Assembly (NCBI GenBank): GCA_045636085.1
Contig: JAZTWU010000159.1
Location: 1 to 45,233, forward strand
Direction of reading: 5' to 3'
DNA length: 45,233 nucleotides
Source: Eubacteriales bacterium
Lineage (GTDB): Bacteria > Bacillota > Clostridia > Oscillospirales > CAG-272
The notes beneath the pieces were generated by a model, which was not told where the DNA came from, searched no databases, and saw only the letters and a program-made list of their open reading frames with translations. The position numbers and the translations under genes are program-made. This document shows, piece after piece, positions 34,430 to 42,690 of this stretch (its first letter is position 1; each line of letters opens with the position of its first letter).

Positions 34430-35842
34430 TCAAACCTTTTCCTTATATTTTCCCTTGCGATAGCGAAGAAGGAGCACCAGCACGCAGACAGCGTAGCAGG
34501 CGGTCGTGAATATGTAGGAAACGGGGAAGCTCATAAAGACCGCGGCAGGCGTTTGCGGAACAAGTTTTCCGTAAACGAACTGCATCCAGAGCGTGCGAAC
34601 GCCAAGAATGCCCGCAATATTGATCGCAGTCTGCAGCGTCGGATACCCGAAGGCCTGAATCGTCGGTCCAAGGGGCGTATGCAGAATTGCATAGGAAAAA
34701 AGCATAATGCTCATGCGGAGCATACCCGCCTCGATTGCCGCGGCATTGTTGCCCGCAAAGATCGGAATTAGCGATTCGCCGAAGGAATAAATGACCGTTG
34801 CCGTGCCAAGCACGAGGATGAATTCCAAAATCAAAACGCTGAAGAAGGTGCGATATACGCGCTTTGGCTTTTTCGCGCCGAGGTTTTGTCCCATCATCGT
34901 CAGAGCCGTGGCGGCAAGACCGACATTATAGGAGCCGAGCATTTTTTCATATTGCTGGCTCGCCGTGCTTCCCGCAACGAAATCCGCACCGTAGGAATTG
35001 ATGCCGGATGCGATCTGCATATTGGCGATCGGATAGAGGCAGGAGGTGATCGCCGTGGGAAGTCCGTAGAGAATCATCGTTTTGAAGGAATCAAAATCAA
35101 AGCAGGTCTGCTTGACATCCCAGTAGCAGGCCTTGCTTGCCAATGCTTGCGCCTCTCCGGCCTTGCGCTTTTTCGCGGAAGCGGCAAGATGGCGAAGCGC
35201 AAGAAAGGCCGCAAGTCCCTTGGAAAGCGCCGTTGCCAACGCAACCGCCATCACCTTCTGCGGAAGGATCGCACAAAACACCGTGTTCAACGAAAGATTG
35301 CAAACGCCTGCGATCAGCATATAGTAAAGCGGGCGCTGGCTGTCTCCGCCGACGCGGATGATCGCCGCCGCATAATGATAAAGCAGAAGGAGCGGCATTC
35401 CGAGGAAATAGAAGGTCGCATAAAGCGTTGCATCGTCAATGCATTCGGGGGGGCAATCCGTCAAAACCAGGAAGGGGCGGGAGATAAAGCCGCCGATCAG
35501 AGCGATCACAAGGCCGAGGCCAACGCTCGTGAGGATCGCCGTGGAAATCACCTTCTGTGCGCGGGCGTGGTTCCCTTCTCCGAGCAAGCGCGCCAAAACG
35601 ATATTGACGCCGACGCAAAGTCCCGTTGCAAGATTTTCGAGAAGGTGCGTGAGCGAGGAGGTTGTGCCAACGGAAGCGACCTCGTAGCCGTGCGCAAACC
35701 AGGAAAGCACCATCAGATCCATCGCATCAAACATCATCGAAACGAAATTTGCCAAAATCAGGGGCATAGCAAACAAAACGATGGTTTTAAAAATCGGGCC
35801 GTTCGTCAGGTCCAGATCCGTTCGCCTCGAAAGCAGCTTCAT
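34430..35842 (-). CDS. MATE-family transporter, paralogue 1 (promoter-proximal; has a Lys/Ala-rich insertion in the central loop)
   Basis: Shared blocks present: CPPEC, GDSQRP, IQAFGYP and RTLWMQF. It carries the extra segment ASAKKRKAGEAQALASKA between the two 6-TM halves. Confidence 0.85.
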   Translation of the reverse strand: MKLLSRRTDLDLTNGPIFKTIVLFAMPLILANFVSMMFDAMDLMVLSWFAHGYEVASVGTTSSLTHLLENLATGLCVGVNIVLARLLGEGNHARAQKVISTAILTSVGLGLVIALIGGFISRPFLVLTDCPPECIDDATLYATFYFLGMPLLLLYHYAAAIIRVGGDSQRPLYYMLIAGVCNLSLNTVFCAILPQKVMAVALATALSKGLAAFLALRHLAASAKKRKAGEAQALASKACYWDVKQTCFDFDSFKTMILYGLPTAITSCLYPIANMQIASGINSYGADFVAGSTASQQYEKMLGSYNVGLAATALTMMGQNLGAKKPKRVYRTFFSVLILEFILVLGTATVIYSFGESLIPIFAGNNAAAIEAGMLRMSIMLFSYAILHTPLGPTIQAFGYPTLQTAINIAGILGVRTLWMQFVYGKLVPQTPAAVFMSFPVSYIFTTACYAVCVLVLLLRYRKGKYKEKV

Positions 35843-35881
35843 TTTTCTTCATCCTCGCTCTAAAATACTTTATCATATTTT

Positions 35882-35909
35882 ATTTTAGCACAACTTTCAA
35901 AAATGTCAA
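35882..35909 (-). promoter_or_regulatory. Strong sigma-70 promoter for the MATE array operon
   Basis: The minus strand reads TTGACA (35909-35904), a 16-nt spacer, then TGcTAAAAT (the -10 is at 35887-35882). A short leader with RBS gaggat follows. Confidence 0.55.
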
Positions 35910-35962
35910 TTGACTTTTTTCATAACTTTTCGCCCGACTTCGTCTTTTTTTAGGGAATTAAT

Positions 35963-35992
35963 CACAAAATAAAACCTGCGCGCCCCCGCGCA
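35963..35992 (-). terminator. Orphan terminator-like GC hairpin upstream of the MATE promoter
   Basis: The minus strand reads UGCGCG-GGGG-CGCGCA (35992-35977) followed by GGUUUUAUUUUG. No minus-strand gene lies upstream of it. Confidence 0.35.
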
Positions 35993-36047
35993 CGGAGCAA
36001 AGAGACGGCAAAGGTGCGCGCGCTACGGTTTTTTTTGCAAAAACATC

Positions 36048-36076
36048 TTGCATTCCCTTGTTTTTTTTAGTATAAT
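36048..36076 (+). promoter_or_regulatory. Sigma-70 promoter for the HD / HAD / NaPi unit
   Basis: It reads TTGCAT (36048-36053), a 17-nt spacer containing T8, then TATAAT (36071-36076). Confidence 0.6.
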
Positions 36077-36134
36077 AGGTATGATGGGAAAAAATGGCTT
36101 ATTTTTTCAAAAAAATAAAAAACGGAGGTCGCAT

Positions 36135-36794
36135 ATGCTTTCGTATGAGCAACTGAAAAAGGATCCCGCGATCCGCACCTATATCGAAGCCGCCGACAGT
36201 ATGCTTTCGGCCCTCGGCTTCACCGAGCATAGCTTTGCGCACATAACGCGCGTGGCAGAGGATGCCGCCCGCCTTCTCCGCTTTCTCGGCTATGATGAAA
36301 AAACGCAGGAGCTTGCGCGCATTGCGGGCTATCTGCACGACATCGGCAATATCGTGAACCGCATTGATCACTCGCAGAGCGGTGCCATCCTTGCATTCAC
36401 GCTTCTTTCGGAGCGCGGCTTTGCCCCCGAGGAGATTGCCCCCATCGTCAGCGCGATCGGAAACCACGACGAGGGCTCGGGCTCTCCCGTCAGCCCCTTG
36501 GCGGCGGCCTTGATCCTCGCAGATAAATCCGACGTGCGCCGCACGCGCGTTCGGGATGCAAGAGATATGGAAAGCGATATTCACGATCGCGTGAATTATT
36601 CCGTCACCGATTCCGCGCTCTCCTTTGATAAGGAGGCCGGCGAGGTTCGCCTTTCGCTTTCAATCGATACCGAAATCAGCTCAGTGCTCGAATACTTCGA
36701 GATCTTCACGGAAAGAATGCTTCTTTGCCGCAAGGCGGCGCTGATGCTCGGCTTGAGATTCCGCCTTTTCGTGAACGGACAAGCCTTGATTTGA
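36135..36794 (+). CDS. HD-domain phosphohydrolase
   Basis: HSFAHITRV...IAGYLHDIGN...H matches the H...HD...H pattern. I moved the start to ATG 36135 (MLSYEQLKKD, RBS acggagg). Confidence 0.75.
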   Translation: MLSYEQLKKDPAIRTYIEAADSMLSALGFTEHSFAHITRVAEDAARLLRFLGYDEKTQELARIAGYLHDIGNIVNRIDHSQSGAILAFTLLSERGFAPEEIAPIVSAIGNHDEGSGSPVSPLAAALILADKSDVRRTRVRDARDMESDIHDRVNYSVTDSALSFDKEAGEVRLSLSIDTEISSVLEYFEIFTERMLLCRKAALMLGLRFRLFVNGQALI

Positions 36795-36844
36795 CAACTA
36801 TTGTTTCCAAAACATACATTTTATTCTTTAAAAAAGGAGAAAAT

Positions 36845-37642
36845 ATGCAAAGTCTCAAAAAAATTACCATCGAACAGTTAAGAGAAAAGCGCGCCTTTAT
36901 TTGTGATATGGACGGCGTTATCTATCACGGAAACCGCCTGATCCCCGGCGCAAAGAAATTCCTCGATTGGCTGCACGCAACGGGCAAGGACTTCCTCTTT
37001 TTGACCAATAGCTCCGAAAGATCCCCCAAGGAGCTGGCGCAAAAGCTTTCCCGCCTCGGCCTCACGGTTGGCGAGGAGCATTTCTATACGAGCGCTCTCG
37101 CGACCGCATCCTTTATCGCGGCGCAATGCCCCGGCGGCTCGGTTTACGCCATCGGCGAGCCGGGACTGACGAACGCGCTCTACGAGGCAGGTCTCTCGAT
37201 GAACGATGTGAACCCCGACTACGTTGTGCTCGGCGAAACGAGATCCTTAAATTATGAAAAGATCGAAAAAGCCGTGCAGCTCGTTTTTAGCGGCGCAAAG
37301 CTGATCGGAACGAATACGGATATGACCGCGCCCTCCGAAAAGGGCATCATTCCCGCCTGCCGCGCGCTGATGGCGCCGATCGAGCTCACCACGGGCAAGC
37401 AGGCCTACTACGTCGGCAAGCCCAACCCCCTGATGATGCGCCACGCAAAGAATAAGCTCGGCTATCATCGCGCCGATGTTGCCATCATCGGCGACCGTAT
37501 GGATACGGACATCGTGGCGGGCGTGGAAACCGAAATCGATACCGTGCTGGTGCTCTCGGGCGTTACGGATACGGAAACGATGAATAAATTCGCGTATAGC
37601 CCCAGCATCGTGCTCACCGATGTCGGCGAAATTGCCGAATGA
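36845..37642 (+). CDS. HAD-IIA family phosphatase (NagD-like)
   Basis: Motifs present: FICDMDGVIYHG (DxDG), FLTNSS, VGKP and IIGDRMDTDI. I moved the start to ATG 36845 (RBS aaaggag). Confidence 0.85.
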   Translation: MQSLKKITIEQLREKRAFICDMDGVIYHGNRLIPGAKKFLDWLHATGKDFLFLTNSSERSPKELAQKLSRLGLTVGEEHFYTSALATASFIAAQCPGGSVYAIGEPGLTNALYEAGLSMNDVNPDYVVLGETRSLNYEKIEKAVQLVFSGAKLIGTNTDMTAPSEKGIIPACRALMAPIELTTGKQAYYVGKPNPLMMRHAKNKLGYHRADVAIIGDRMDTDIVAGVETEIDTVLVLSGVTDTETMNKFAYSPSIVLTDVGEIAE

Positions 37643-37696
37643 TTCCCTCCTCTGCTTTCTCCACCTAAATACATATATTGAAAGGAAACGAAAACT

Positions 37697-39454
37697 GTGG
37701 ATATTTTTGACATACTCTCTCTTTTTTGCGGACTTGCCCTCTTTCTTTACGGTATGGACGCAATGGGCAATGCGCTCAAGAAGAGCGCAGGCTCGGGATT
37801 GAAAACGACACTCAGTAAAATGACCTCCAGCCCCTTCCGCGGCTTCATCCTCGGTCTTGGCGTGACGGCGATCATTCAATCCTCCTCCGCGACGACGGTC
37901 ATGGTCGTTGGCTTCGTGAACTCGGGCACGATGACGCTCTTTCAGGCAATCAGCGTGATTATGGGCGCAAATGTGGGAACTGCCGTGACGGCTTGGATCA
38001 CGGGTCTTTCGGGTCTCGGTGCGGGCGGCTCTGCGGCCGTAAGCGCGCTGAAATGGCTCAAGCCCTCCTCCTGGATGCCCATCGTTGCCGTGATCGGCGT
38101 GGCTCTCATTATGTTCTCCAAGCGTAGCCGCAAAAAGGACATCGGCACCATCCTCATCGGCTTTGCCGTTCTGATGGTCGGTATGGATATGATGGGCGAC
38201 TCGGTTGGCGGTCTCAAGGACGATGCGGCCTTCCATTCGATCCTCACGATGTTTGAAAACCCGATCCTCGGCGTTCTTGCAGGCTTGGTGCTGACCGCGA
38301 TCGTGCAGTCCTCCTCCGCCTCGATCGGTATTTTGCAGTCTCTCTCCACCACGGGCGCCATCACCTTCGGCACGGCGATCCCGATCATTCTCGGCCAGAA
38401 CATCGGTACCTGCGTGACCGCAATGCTCTCCGCCATTGGCGCGAATAAAAACGGTAAGCGTGCCGCCGTGGCGCACCTCTTCTTCAATGTGATCGGCGTT
38501 GTTTTCTGGCTCACCGCCTTCTATATCGTGAATTTCTTTGCAAAGTTCGCCTTTGTGAGCGCAACGATCGATATGTGGGGCATTGCCGCCGTGCACACGA
38601 TCTTCAAGATCCTTGCCGTCGGACTTCTCTTCCCCTTCGCAAAATATCTTGAAAAGCTTGCGATCCTCGTCGTCAAGGACAAGGAATCCGACGATGCGCC
38701 CTCCAAGCTTCTTGATCCCCGTCTTCTTACAACTCCCGCCATCGCCGTTGCCCGCGCAACCGAGGTAACGCGTACGATGGCAGGCATTTCCTGCACCGCA
38801 CTTCGCAAGTCTATGAAGCTGATCTCGGCTTACGAGGAGAGCGAAGCGGATCTTATTCGCGATCTGGAATCCAAGGCCGATGTATACGAGGACGAGCTTG
38901 GCTCTTATCTCGTTAAGATCTCGGCAGAATCCCTCACGGATGCGGACAACCGCCAGCTGACGAAGCTTCTGCATATCATCGGAGACTTTGAGCGTATTTC
39001 CGACCACGCGGTCAACATCGTTGAATCCGCCGAGGAGATCCGCCAAAAGAAGCTCAGCTTCTCGCAGGAGGCACAGCGCGAGCTTTCGGTTATGATCTCG
39101 GCAATCAACGAGATCCTCGACATCAGCGAGCAGGCATTCTGCGAAAACAACCTCTCCATCGCCGCCAAGATCGAGCCCCTCGAGCAGGTGGTGGACGAGC
39201 TGAAGGACACGATCAAGGCCAACCACGTGCGCCGTCTGCAAACGAGCGAGTGCTCCATCGAGCACGGCTTCGTTCTTTCCGACCTGCTCAATAACTTCGA
39301 GCGTGTTTCGGACCATTGCTCCAATGTGGGCGGATGCATCATCGAGCTTGCGCACGATGCGCTGGATCTGCACAAGTACCTCTCCGAGGTCAAGGCAGAC
39401 AACGGTGCCTTCAAGCGCGAATTTGATGCCTTCGAGAAAAAATACGCACTGTAA
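37697..39454 (+). CDS. Na+/phosphate cotransporter family protein with C-terminal PhoU-like domains
   Basis: LFLYGMDAMGNALKKSAG and duplicated QSSSAT / QSSSAS helices are present. The C-terminus has GDFERISDHAVNI and NNFERVSDHCSNV, which are PhoU repeats. The start is GTG. Confidence 0.85.
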   Translation: MDIFDILSLFCGLALFLYGMDAMGNALKKSAGSGLKTTLSKMTSSPFRGFILGLGVTAIIQSSSATTVMVVGFVNSGTMTLFQAISVIMGANVGTAVTAWITGLSGLGAGGSAAVSALKWLKPSSWMPIVAVIGVALIMFSKRSRKKDIGTILIGFAVLMVGMDMMGDSVGGLKDDAAFHSILTMFENPILGVLAGLVLTAIVQSSSASIGILQSLSTTGAITFGTAIPIILGQNIGTCVTAMLSAIGANKNGKRAAVAHLFFNVIGVVFWLTAFYIVNFFAKFAFVSATIDMWGIAAVHTIFKILAVGLLFPFAKYLEKLAILVVKDKESDDAPSKLLDPRLLTTPAIAVARATEVTRTMAGISCTALRKSMKLISAYEESEADLIRDLESKADVYEDELGSYLVKISAESLTDADNRQLTKLLHIIGDFERISDHAVNIVESAEEIRQKKLSFSQEAQRELSVMISAINEILDISEQAFCENNLSIAAKIEPLEQVVDELKDTIKANHVRRLQTSECSIEHGFVLSDLLNNFERVSDHCSNVGGCIIELAHDALDLHKYLSEVKADNGAFKREFDAFEKKYAL

Positions 39455-39461
39455 ATATAAA

Positions 39462-39503
39462 AAAGAACACGCCCTCACCGATAAAGTGAGGGCGCGATTT
39501 TTA
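39462..39503. terminator. Bidirectional terminator between the NaPi gene and the GRE activase gene
   Basis: A perfect 9-bp stem CGCCCTCAC (39470-39478) / GTGAGGGCG (39486-39494) is flanked by an A-run and a T-run. Confidence 0.7.
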
Positions 39504-40400
39504 TTGAAAAAAGGTGTGTTTGCCGCTTTTTTCTTCGATTTTTCTTGCAATTTCAAAAAGTGCTTCTTTTTTCGGGGCTTGAAAAACGGGCTGTGCCGCA
39601 CGGCCGAGAGAAAGTCCCTTTTCGCATCCGAGCTTATGATACGGCATCAACTGAACGGCTTCGATTGCCCGATATTTTTTTGCGAGCGCGGTGATTTTTT
39701 CTATGAAGGCCTCCGAAAGATTTGCCCCCTCCACGATCGGGCACCGCAAGAGAATGCGAGCTCCGCTTCGGCAAAGAAAATCGAGATTTTCAAGAATTAT
39801 GCTATCCTCTGCACCGACGAGCCTTCTATGATCCTCGGAGGATGCCTTGCAGTCGAAGAGAAAAAGATCGCATAAGGGCAGAAGCCTTACAAAATCCTCC
39901 CGTCTTCCAAAGCCGCTCGTCTCCACGGCAACCGAGATCCCCTCGGCCCTCGCCGCCTCGCACAGCGCAATCACAAAATCCGCCTGCGCCATCGGCTCAC
40001 CGCCGGAAACCGTCAGCCCGCCGCATTCTCCGTAAAAGATCCGATCGCGGCGCACCTTCTCCATCACTGCCTCCACGGTCATTTTTTCTCCGATCACAGA
40101 AAGCGCCCCCGTGGGGCAAGCGGATGCACATCGGGCGCATCGGGCGCATTTTTTGCGATCGAGCGCAGCCACACCCTCCTTCACCGAGAGCGCACCGCTT
40201 TGGCAAGCAAGAGCGCAAGCGCCGCATCCGATACAGCCCTCCCGAATTAGGGAGATCTCGGGAATGGGTGCGATCCCCTCGGGGTTATGGCACCACGCGC
40301 ACCGCAGAGGACATCCCTTGAGGAAAACGCAGGTGCGAATGCCCGCTCCATCGTCCGTTGAAAACCGTTGAATGTGAAAAACCAATCCCTCCAAGGTCAA
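39501..40400 (-). CDS. Glycyl-radical enzyme activating protein (radical SAM, with two ferredoxin-type clusters)
   Basis: The radical-SAM motif is CPLRCAWCHNPEG (CxxxCxxC). The N-terminus IQRFSTDDGAGIRT is typical. The auxiliary cluster motifs are CIGCGACALAC and CARCARCASAC. The start is non-ATG (TTG 40400, or 40394) and overlaps the GRE stop. Confidence 0.9.
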   Translation of the reverse strand: MTLEGLVFHIQRFSTDDGAGIRTCVFLKGCPLRCAWCHNPEGIAPIPEISLIREGCIGCGACALACQSGALSVKEGVAALDRKKCARCARCASACPTGALSVIGEKMTVEAVMEKVRRDRIFYGECGGLTVSGGEPMAQADFVIALCEAARAEGISVAVETSGFGRREDFVRLLPLCDLFLFDCKASSEDHRRLVGAEDSIILENLDFLCRSGARILLRCPIVEGANLSEAFIEKITALAKKYRAIEAVQLMPYHKLGCEKGLSLGRAAQPVFQAPKKEALFEIARKIEEKSGKHTFFQ

Positions 40401-42571
40401 TACTCCGTTCTCTCCAGAATTTCTCTTTGAAGCGTTTTTGAAAGGCGCGTAAAATAGTCGCTATATCCCCCGATGCGCACGATCAGATCCCTGTGCGCCT
40501 CGGGGTTTTCCATCGCGTCGAGAAGCGTTTTGCGATCCACGGCGTTGACCTGAAGCTCCAGACCGCCCCGCGCCATAAAGGCGCGTAGAAGCGAGACGAA
40601 GTTCTCGGCCCCCTTTCCCGAAAGATTTTCTTTTCCGAACTTCATATTCACAACCATTCCGCCGAGCATCCTGCTCTGATCGAAGGAGGTCAGGGAAAGG
40701 AGCATCGCGGTGGGGCCGTTTACATCTCTTCCCTGCACGGGGCCGCATCCATCCGAATAGGAGATGCCCGCGAGGCGGCCGTCAAAGGTGGCGCCCATTT
40801 TGGCACCGAGGCTTGCGTGATTGATATAGCTGAAGGTGCCCGGCATTATATGCTCCCGAAGCGAAACGCCCTTGGAAATTTCTTCAATATCTTTTATAAA
40901 ACGCGCCGCCAAAGCATCGTGGGCGGCATCATCATTGCCATAATGCGAAATTTTGTTTACAATATAAGCACGAAGTGCTTCATTTTCCTCAAAATTATTT
41001 TCTGTAATTTTAAAAAACTCGGAAAGCGAAAGCCGTTTTTCTTTATAAACGATCTGCGAGATCGCCGCCAGAGAATCCACCGCCGTTGCAAAGCCGACGA
41101 AGATCGGCTGAATAAAGGTATATCTCTCGCCGCCCTCATAAATGCTCCTGCCGCGCGCAATACAATCGTCCACAAGCGCGCAAATGCGCATCGCCTCGTT
41201 TCCGATGCGCGCCGCCTCCAGAATGCGAAGGGCATAATTCTTTATGCGAAGCTGCACCTTGCTTTTCAGCCGTGCAAGATACCCTCGATAAAGCGTTTCA
41301 AAATCCGCCGCCTCCCCTTCCCCTGCGACCTCGCAAAGATGCCTTGGAAGATCCACCGTAAACGGCGTTGTGTGCGACTTGGATTTCCCGATGACGGAAA
41401 TTTCCGCGCAGGTGGAATGGATATAATTCGCGGCATCCTTCGGCAAAACGCCGTAATTTTTCACGAGAGAGGAAACGATGGCATCGTCGTTATAAAACGC
41501 AGGATGCGTTGCCCCTTGCGAGAGGATCTTGGCCGCATAGGAAAGAATTTCATCCCCCGTTTCGGAAGAGACCGCCAAGGCGCCGTTTGGGTCGGGAAGG
41601 CGCAGATGGTCAAGCGCGGTTAAAAACATATAGGTCAGATCGTTCTCCACCAAAGCGCCATCCGCATCCCTGCCGCCAACGATAAAGCCGCAGGCCGCTC
41701 TCGTGAAGACGCGATCCGAAATGCAAAGGCAGAAATTATCGATCAGCTCCTGTGCGAATGCGGGCGTGAGCGCACCGCTCTCAATATCCCTCTTATAATA
41801 AGGATACAAATAGCGATCGGGGCGCCCCAAGGGATAGAGCCCGAAAAGCGTGGACAGGAAAAACTGCACGCTCTGCACGGCCTCGTAAAAGCTTTCAGCA
41901 GGTGCTTCGGGCACCTTTTTCAGCATTTCTCCGAGCCGCAAAAGCTCACTTTTTCTCGGCTCCTCCCGCTCCCCCGCAAGGCGGATCGCCTCGGCGGAAT
42001 ATCTTGCGGCAAGATCCGAAAGCGCATCCAATTCGATAAGACAGCATTGATAAAATTCGAATCGGCGCGCCCCCTCAAGCGCAGGATAGCACTCTGAGGA
42101 AAAATCGATCGCCTCCATCTGCGAAAGAATCTGCTCGCGCAAGCCGCGAAGCCCCAAGCGAAGAAGCTTTTCAAAATCAAGGCCGATATGATCCTTGCGC
42201 GGCGGGCGCTCCGAAAGCGTATGCGCCGACATAGAAAATTTCTCGCAGAGCCGATCGTATTCCGCCTGCTCCTGTTCCGTATAGTCGGGCAAATAGAGGT
42301 GGCCGAGCAAAAGCTCTCCGTCATAGATCTGCGGCTTTGACAGGTAAAGCTCCTCCGCCTCGGCATAGGAGGCGCGCAGGCGCACGGTTTCGGCATCCTT
42401 ATGCTTTTCATAGCCGCGCAGGTATCCCAAGGTCACAAGGCGGTCGCCCGTTGCGTGCGGCTTATATTTCGTCGGATGGTAGGGATCGGCCATTTTCGGC
42501 ACGGTCAGTCCCCGATAGGTATCCTTTAAGCGCTCGATCCTTTCCGTGATCGGCAGAGCCTCATATTTCAT
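40397..42571 (-). CDS. Glycyl radical enzyme, short form, eliminase-type Cys loop (substrate unknown)
   Basis: The C-terminal Gly-radical motif is LIVRIGGYSDYF (the Gly codon is at 40466-40468). The thiyl loop is HSTCAEIS, with Cys at 41408-41410 and Glu two residues later. THPAFYNDD is conserved. I moved the start to ATG 42571 (MKYEALPITERI, RBS gaaagga); the track uses TTG 42595. Confidence 0.9.
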   Translation of the reverse strand: MKYEALPITERIERLKDTYRGLTVPKMADPYHPTKYKPHATGDRLVTLGYLRGYEKHKDAETVRLRASYAEAEELYLSKPQIYDGELLLGHLYLPDYTEQEQAEYDRLCEKFSMSAHTLSERPPRKDHIGLDFEKLLRLGLRGLREQILSQMEAIDFSSECYPALEGARRFEFYQCCLIELDALSDLAARYSAEAIRLAGEREEPRKSELLRLGEMLKKVPEAPAESFYEAVQSVQFFLSTLFGLYPLGRPDRYLYPYYKRDIESGALTPAFAQELIDNFCLCISDRVFTRAACGFIVGGRDADGALVENDLTYMFLTALDHLRLPDPNGALAVSSETGDEILSYAAKILSQGATHPAFYNDDAIVSSLVKNYGVLPKDAANYIHSTCAEISVIGKSKSHTTPFTVDLPRHLCEVAGEGEAADFETLYRGYLARLKSKVQLRIKNYALRILEAARIGNEAMRICALVDDCIARGRSIYEGGERYTFIQPIFVGFATAVDSLAAISQIVYKEKRLSLSEFFKITENNFEENEALRAYIVNKISHYGNDDAAHDALAARFIKDIEEISKGVSLREHIMPGTFSYINHASLGAKMGATFDGRLAGISYSDGCGPVQGRDVNGPTAMLLSLTSFDQSRMLGGMVVNMKFGKENLSGKGAENFVSLLRAFMARGGLELQVNAVDRKTLLDAMENPEAHRDLIVRIGGYSDYFTRLSKTLQREILERTEY

Positions 42572-42588
42572 AAAGCGCATCCTTTCTC

Positions 42589-42616
42589 TTGACAAAACAA
42601 AGGTTTATGCTATAAT
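42589..42616 (+). promoter_or_regulatory. Sigma-70 promoter for the divergent AraC regulator
   Basis: It reads TTGACA (42589-42594), a 16-nt spacer, then TGcTATAAT (the -10 is at 42611-42616). It overlaps the extreme 5' end of the GRE track ORF. Confidence 0.55.
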
Positions 42617-42690
42617 TATAGTTGAGATTTATACAAAATAATAGAATTTTTTATAAAAAGCATAAAAATCGTGAACTCGGAGGCGAAAAT

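Noticed and set aside
28710-35842. Whether the five MATE genes are an assembly artefact of a collapsed or expanded duplication
   Set aside because: The copies differ extensively at both nucleotide and protein level and have distinct intergenic sequences. Each keeps an intact frame and RBS. Only one 49-nt tract is identical.
37247-39601. A 784-aa minus-strand ORF
   Set aside because: It is antisense to the well-supported NagD-like and Na/Pi-PhoU genes. Its composition is Arg/Gly/His/Asp-rich and I recognise no motifs.
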